DNA of 60,437 nt from positions 1-60,437 of IMG/VR virus record IMGVR_UViG_3300036831_000053; one strand, 5' to 3'. The notes below the pieces were generated by a model. It was not told the DNA's origin, made no database searches, and saw only the letters and a list, made by a program, of their open reading frames with translations. Made by a program: the position numbers and the translations under genes. The DNA comes from a virus. Lineage: Duplodnaviria; Caudoviricetes. This document shows positions 57,399 through 60,437 of the stretch, piece by piece. Positions within the stretch are counted from its first letter, which is position 1; every line of letters begins with the position of its first letter.

Positions 57399-58992
57399 AT
57401 GCCGACCTATCAGGTCCACATCGTTCAGATGGTTAGCACGACGATCGATGTCGAGGCCGAGACGCCCGAGCAGGCCACCGAGGTCTTCCTGGATGCGCCC
57501 GACGCACCGGGGTCGCTGGTGCACGGTGCCTTCGGTGGCGGCGCTTCGGTTGACGAGGCAGGCGACTGGGAGGCGTACGCGGTGATGTTGGGCAACGACA
57601 CCGTGTGGGAGCGCAAGGGCTGACTCACCGAATATCAGGTCTCCGTGCGCCGGGGTGGCCGACAACCCCCGGCGCACGCGTTCATCTACCGAGGAGTAAC
57701 CCCATGGATCTCCACGACGACTTTGTGATCGAAAACTCCGAGTGTGGCCCGACGATGGTGTGCCGCGTGTGCGACGACTGGGTGTACATCGAAGACCTGT
57801 CACTCGCGGACCTCATCGAGAGCGCCAAGGAGCACACCCACAAGCGAAAGGCGCCCACGACATGACCGACGGGCCGATGAGCGGCAAGCTGCCGGTCGAG
57901 CACGCCGAACCCACTCCGCAGCCGGTGGTAATCGCACACCTGGCGTCCAACACGGCCGAGGCATACCAGCAGGTCGCCGAGGCCGCTCGGATCTTCGAGG
58001 AGTTCGCCCGCAAGTTGACCGAGATCGTCACCCGTATGGAGCCCGTACTGCGGGAGATCGGAGAAATCAGCGATGGAGCAGGAGACGACGACAGCGGAGC
58101 CGCTGCCGGGTGAAGCGGGCTCGCACGCCTGGATGCTCGACTACCTCAAGGGCCTCGGCGAGGAGCAGGTGCTGGCCGGGTTCGGGTGGACGATCCAGCG
58201 CGGCGACAAGTGGGCCACGATCGCCGTGAGCTGGCAGCGCGCCGGCATGGAGCAACCGATCCGGCGCGAGTGGCGCATGGTCCCGGTGGACCGCGAGGAG
58301 CGAAGGAAGGTGGACGGCAGTGGATGAGGAGCGCATCAGTTCCGTGCACAAGCTCGGCAACCAGGTGGCGATCACCCTGGACGGTGGCGACGGGGGGATC
58401 TTCGTCTTTGACGCCGAGATGGAGGGTGTCGAAGAGGTCAGCTACCTCGACGGGGATTGGCGGCGGATCTGGCCATGATCAGTAACAGTCGAGAAGTCAG
58501 GAGCGTTGACGCGGCCTTGGCCGCCGAGTTCCTGCGCAACATGGCGAACGACATCGAGGCGTCCGTGGCGGCGGTGAAGAGGCATCTGCTGCCGTTCCAG
58601 CAAATGACGATCCTCTGCGAAGAGAAGACCGACCACGCCGACGAGCTGATCACACTCAACAGCGGGTCGATCTATGACCTCCTGCCGCAGCAGGAGGTGG
58701 CCCGCTCTCGCACTTGGTCGATCGAGATCAGGACGGGGAGACCGTGGTGAGTACAACCCAGGCGTCACCGGACGAGTGCCCGGCGTTCCCGTCGGACGAG
58801 CAGCTACCGGCGCTGCACCGCTGGACGCCGATCGCGGTGCATTCGCAGTGCATGCCGGTCGTGCCCGGTGGGCAGATCACGATGGAGCTGCAAGCTGGCG
58901 CTATCAGCGTGATCGAGGTCTGCCCGAGTTGTCACCAGTACAGAGTCAGAGCGTACAACCCTGTACCCCGCGACGCAGACGGGGTACATTAG
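57399..58992 (+). CDS. Run of about seven small hypothetical proteins (57399-57623, 57704-57865, 57862-58113, 58073-58327, 58320-58485, 58475-58750, 58747-58992)
   Basis: RBSs and overlapping start/stop codons. Confidence 0.5.
58961..58990 (+). promoter_or_regulatory. Palindromic promoter copy 11
   Basis: CTGTACCCCG-N9-CGGGGTACATT; leaderless ATG at 58997. Confidence 0.82.
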
Positions 58993-58996
58993 GCAC

Positions 58997-59548
58997 ATGA
59001 TGACTCTCGGGATCTCGACCCACGGACCGTTTCTCAGCTGGACCTCGTGGCGTCGGCGCAAGCCGTTCCGGCACACCCTCGCCTACTGGCTCCTGGGTCT
59101 CTGGGTGTTCGAGCTGGCCTACGGCGTCGCCCGGTGGTCGCTGTGTGCGGCCATCTGGATCCTGGTCCCGGTCATCAAGGGCGCCGGCATCGCCCTCGCC
59201 GCGATGGTCCTGCTGCTGATCGTGGCGGCCTGGCTGCTGTGGCGTGCCTACCGCAACCACCGACAGGAGATCTAGCGATGGACCCGATCGACGTGCTGTA
59301 CGACGAGCTGATCTACGGAGATGAGCCGGTGATCAACGATGATTGAGCAGCTCTACGTCTGGCTGGTGCAGGACCACTCCGGTATCGCGGAGGCGGTCGT
59401 CATCGCCGCCAGCGCACCGCAGGCGCAGAACATCGCAGAGCAGCACCTGGCCGATCCGCTCGGGATCACCACGGTCCTTGGTGAGTGCGAGATTGGCACC
59501 CATCTGCGCCCCGGGATCATCGTGCCCTGCTGGAACGAGCACGGCTGA
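58997..59548 (+). CDS. Small membrane protein (58997-59275) and hypothetical protein (59339-59548)
   Basis: Hydrophobic ORF behind promoter copy 11. Confidence 0.55.
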
Positions 59549-59569
59549 CCCCACAACTCCACGCACACC

Positions 59570-59700
59570 GTTCGCCCCGTCTGCAACGATCACCCGCAGA
59601 CGGGGCGAACCCGTGTTGCAGGTCCCAAGGTCCGGCAACCGAACGGCAGCCGTAGGCGCCAGCGGTCCCGCAGTCCTGTACCTGCAACACGAAGGGGCGA
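59570..59700 (+). promoter_or_regulatory. Structured 5' leader of the major capsid gene
   Basis: 15-bp hairpin 59570-59610; 12-bp stem 59612-59623/59680-59691 abutting the RBS. Confidence 0.6.
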
Positions 59701-59703
59701 GTT

Positions 59704-60437
59704 GTGAACCCGATCGTCCAGATCATCCAGGCCCTCGCGGCTGCGGAGACGGACCGCGAACGTGCGGCCCTGCGGGCTCAGCTCGCTACCGAACTCCGCC
59801 ACGCGTCCGCCGAGCAGCTACACGCGGCCCTCACCGGCATGCGGGAGCGCGGTACCGAGCTGGCCGCAGGCGAGCTGACCGAGCAGGCCGTGGCCGAAGC
59901 CGAGGCGCTCTCCGCCGCCGTCACCGACATCAACGCCCGGCTGACCGAGCTGGCCAGTGGGACGAGTCTGGCCGAGCGCCAGGCGGCGGCCCTCTCGGCC
60001 ATCGACGGCGCGGCCGAAGGCGAGACCGGCGCGACGACCCATGACCCGGCCACCGACGCGGTGCAGCCCGACCCGGCTGCCGCACCCGTGCCGGCGCCGG
60101 CCGATCCCCCCGCCGCGCCGGAAGGTGCACCCGAGGGTGGACGCCACGAGGCGGGGGAGCAGCCACGCGGCGGTGACCTCGGCCTGATGAACAACGGCGG
60201 CCAGCCGCAGGAGCGGGCGTTCGGCGGCCAGATCAACATCCGGACCGTCCTTCAGGGCGGCATTCCCGGGCACGAGGTCGGCGAGCAGCCAGCCGACCGG
60301 GCTGGCCTGGCCGACGCGTTCGTGGAGCGGTATCGCACGATCGCGAACAGCAAGGGCCCGCGCGAGAAGGTGTTCGTCGCCCGGATGTTCAGCCAGTACC
60401 CCGAGGACCGGGTGCTGACCGCGTCGGACGTGCGCAC
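59704..60437 (+). CDS. Major capsid protein, N-terminal (scaffold-like helical) part; continues at position 128
   Basis: GAAGGGG RBS and GTG at 59704; frame open to the window end and in frame with ORF 12-1277. Confidence 0.88.
   Translation, partial: MNPIVQIIQALAAAETDRERAALRAQLATELRHASAEQLHAALTGMRERGTELAAGELTEQAVAEAEALSAAVTDINARLTELASGTSLAERQAAALSAIDGAAEGETGATTHDPATDAVQPDPAAAPVPAPADPPAAPEGAPEGGRHEAGEQPRGGDLGLMNNGGQPQERAFGGQINIRTVLQGGIPGHEVGEQPADRAGLADAFVERYRTIANSKGPREKVFVARMFSQYPEDRVLTASDVR

Noticed and set aside
13852-58990. Palindromes as a CRISPR array or IS ends
   Set aside because: Copies are dispersed, not arrayed with spacers, and there is no cas or transposase gene
60311-60437. 127-nt terminal direct repeat as a biological genome end
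   Set aside because: It falls mid-capsid gene and its length equals a common assembler k-mer; best read as a circular assembly overlap
1-60437. Integrase, attP, reverse transcriptase/DGR or DNA polymerase
   Set aside because: No tyrosine or serine recombinase, RT or polymerase motifs recognised in any ORF, and no template/variable repeat pair seen

Overview
The window is a complete, circularly assembled genome (about 60,310 bp; bases 60311-60437 repeat bases 1-127) of a high-GC tailed actinobacteriophage with a siphovirus-type tail and a two-protein capsid (hexamer and pentamer types, as in mycobacteriophage cluster B-like phages). I see no integrase, ParA, DNA polymerase or lysin B. Replication appears to rely on an HTH initiator with an internal origin-like palindrome, a DnaB-like helicase, SSB and ERF. 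Main points of interest: (1) a minus-strand module resembling actinomycete plasmid conjugation genes (TraB/FtsK-like translocase with C-terminal HTH, plus a DUF2637/Spd-like membrane protein), dense in GGTAC-core repeats, suggesting a conjugative phage-plasmid; (2) at least 11 copies of a palindromic promoter (nTGTRCCCCG-N8/9-YGGGGTACAnT) whose two arms carry the -35 and -10 boxes, mostly ahead of leaderless genes, with a tandem ribbon-helix-helix gene behind one copy as candidate regulator; (3) a type II hammerhead ribozyme; (4) an Acb2-like anti-CBASS protein; (5) a ParB / FAD oxidoreductase / P-loop kinase DNA-modification operon lacking its usual partner genes; (6) a structured, switch-like capsid 5' leader; (7) a candidate antisense RNA and leader peptide before rep; (8) a tRNA-Arg(UCU) and two deletion pseudogenes. 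Protein family calls come from motifs recognised by eye, not database searches.
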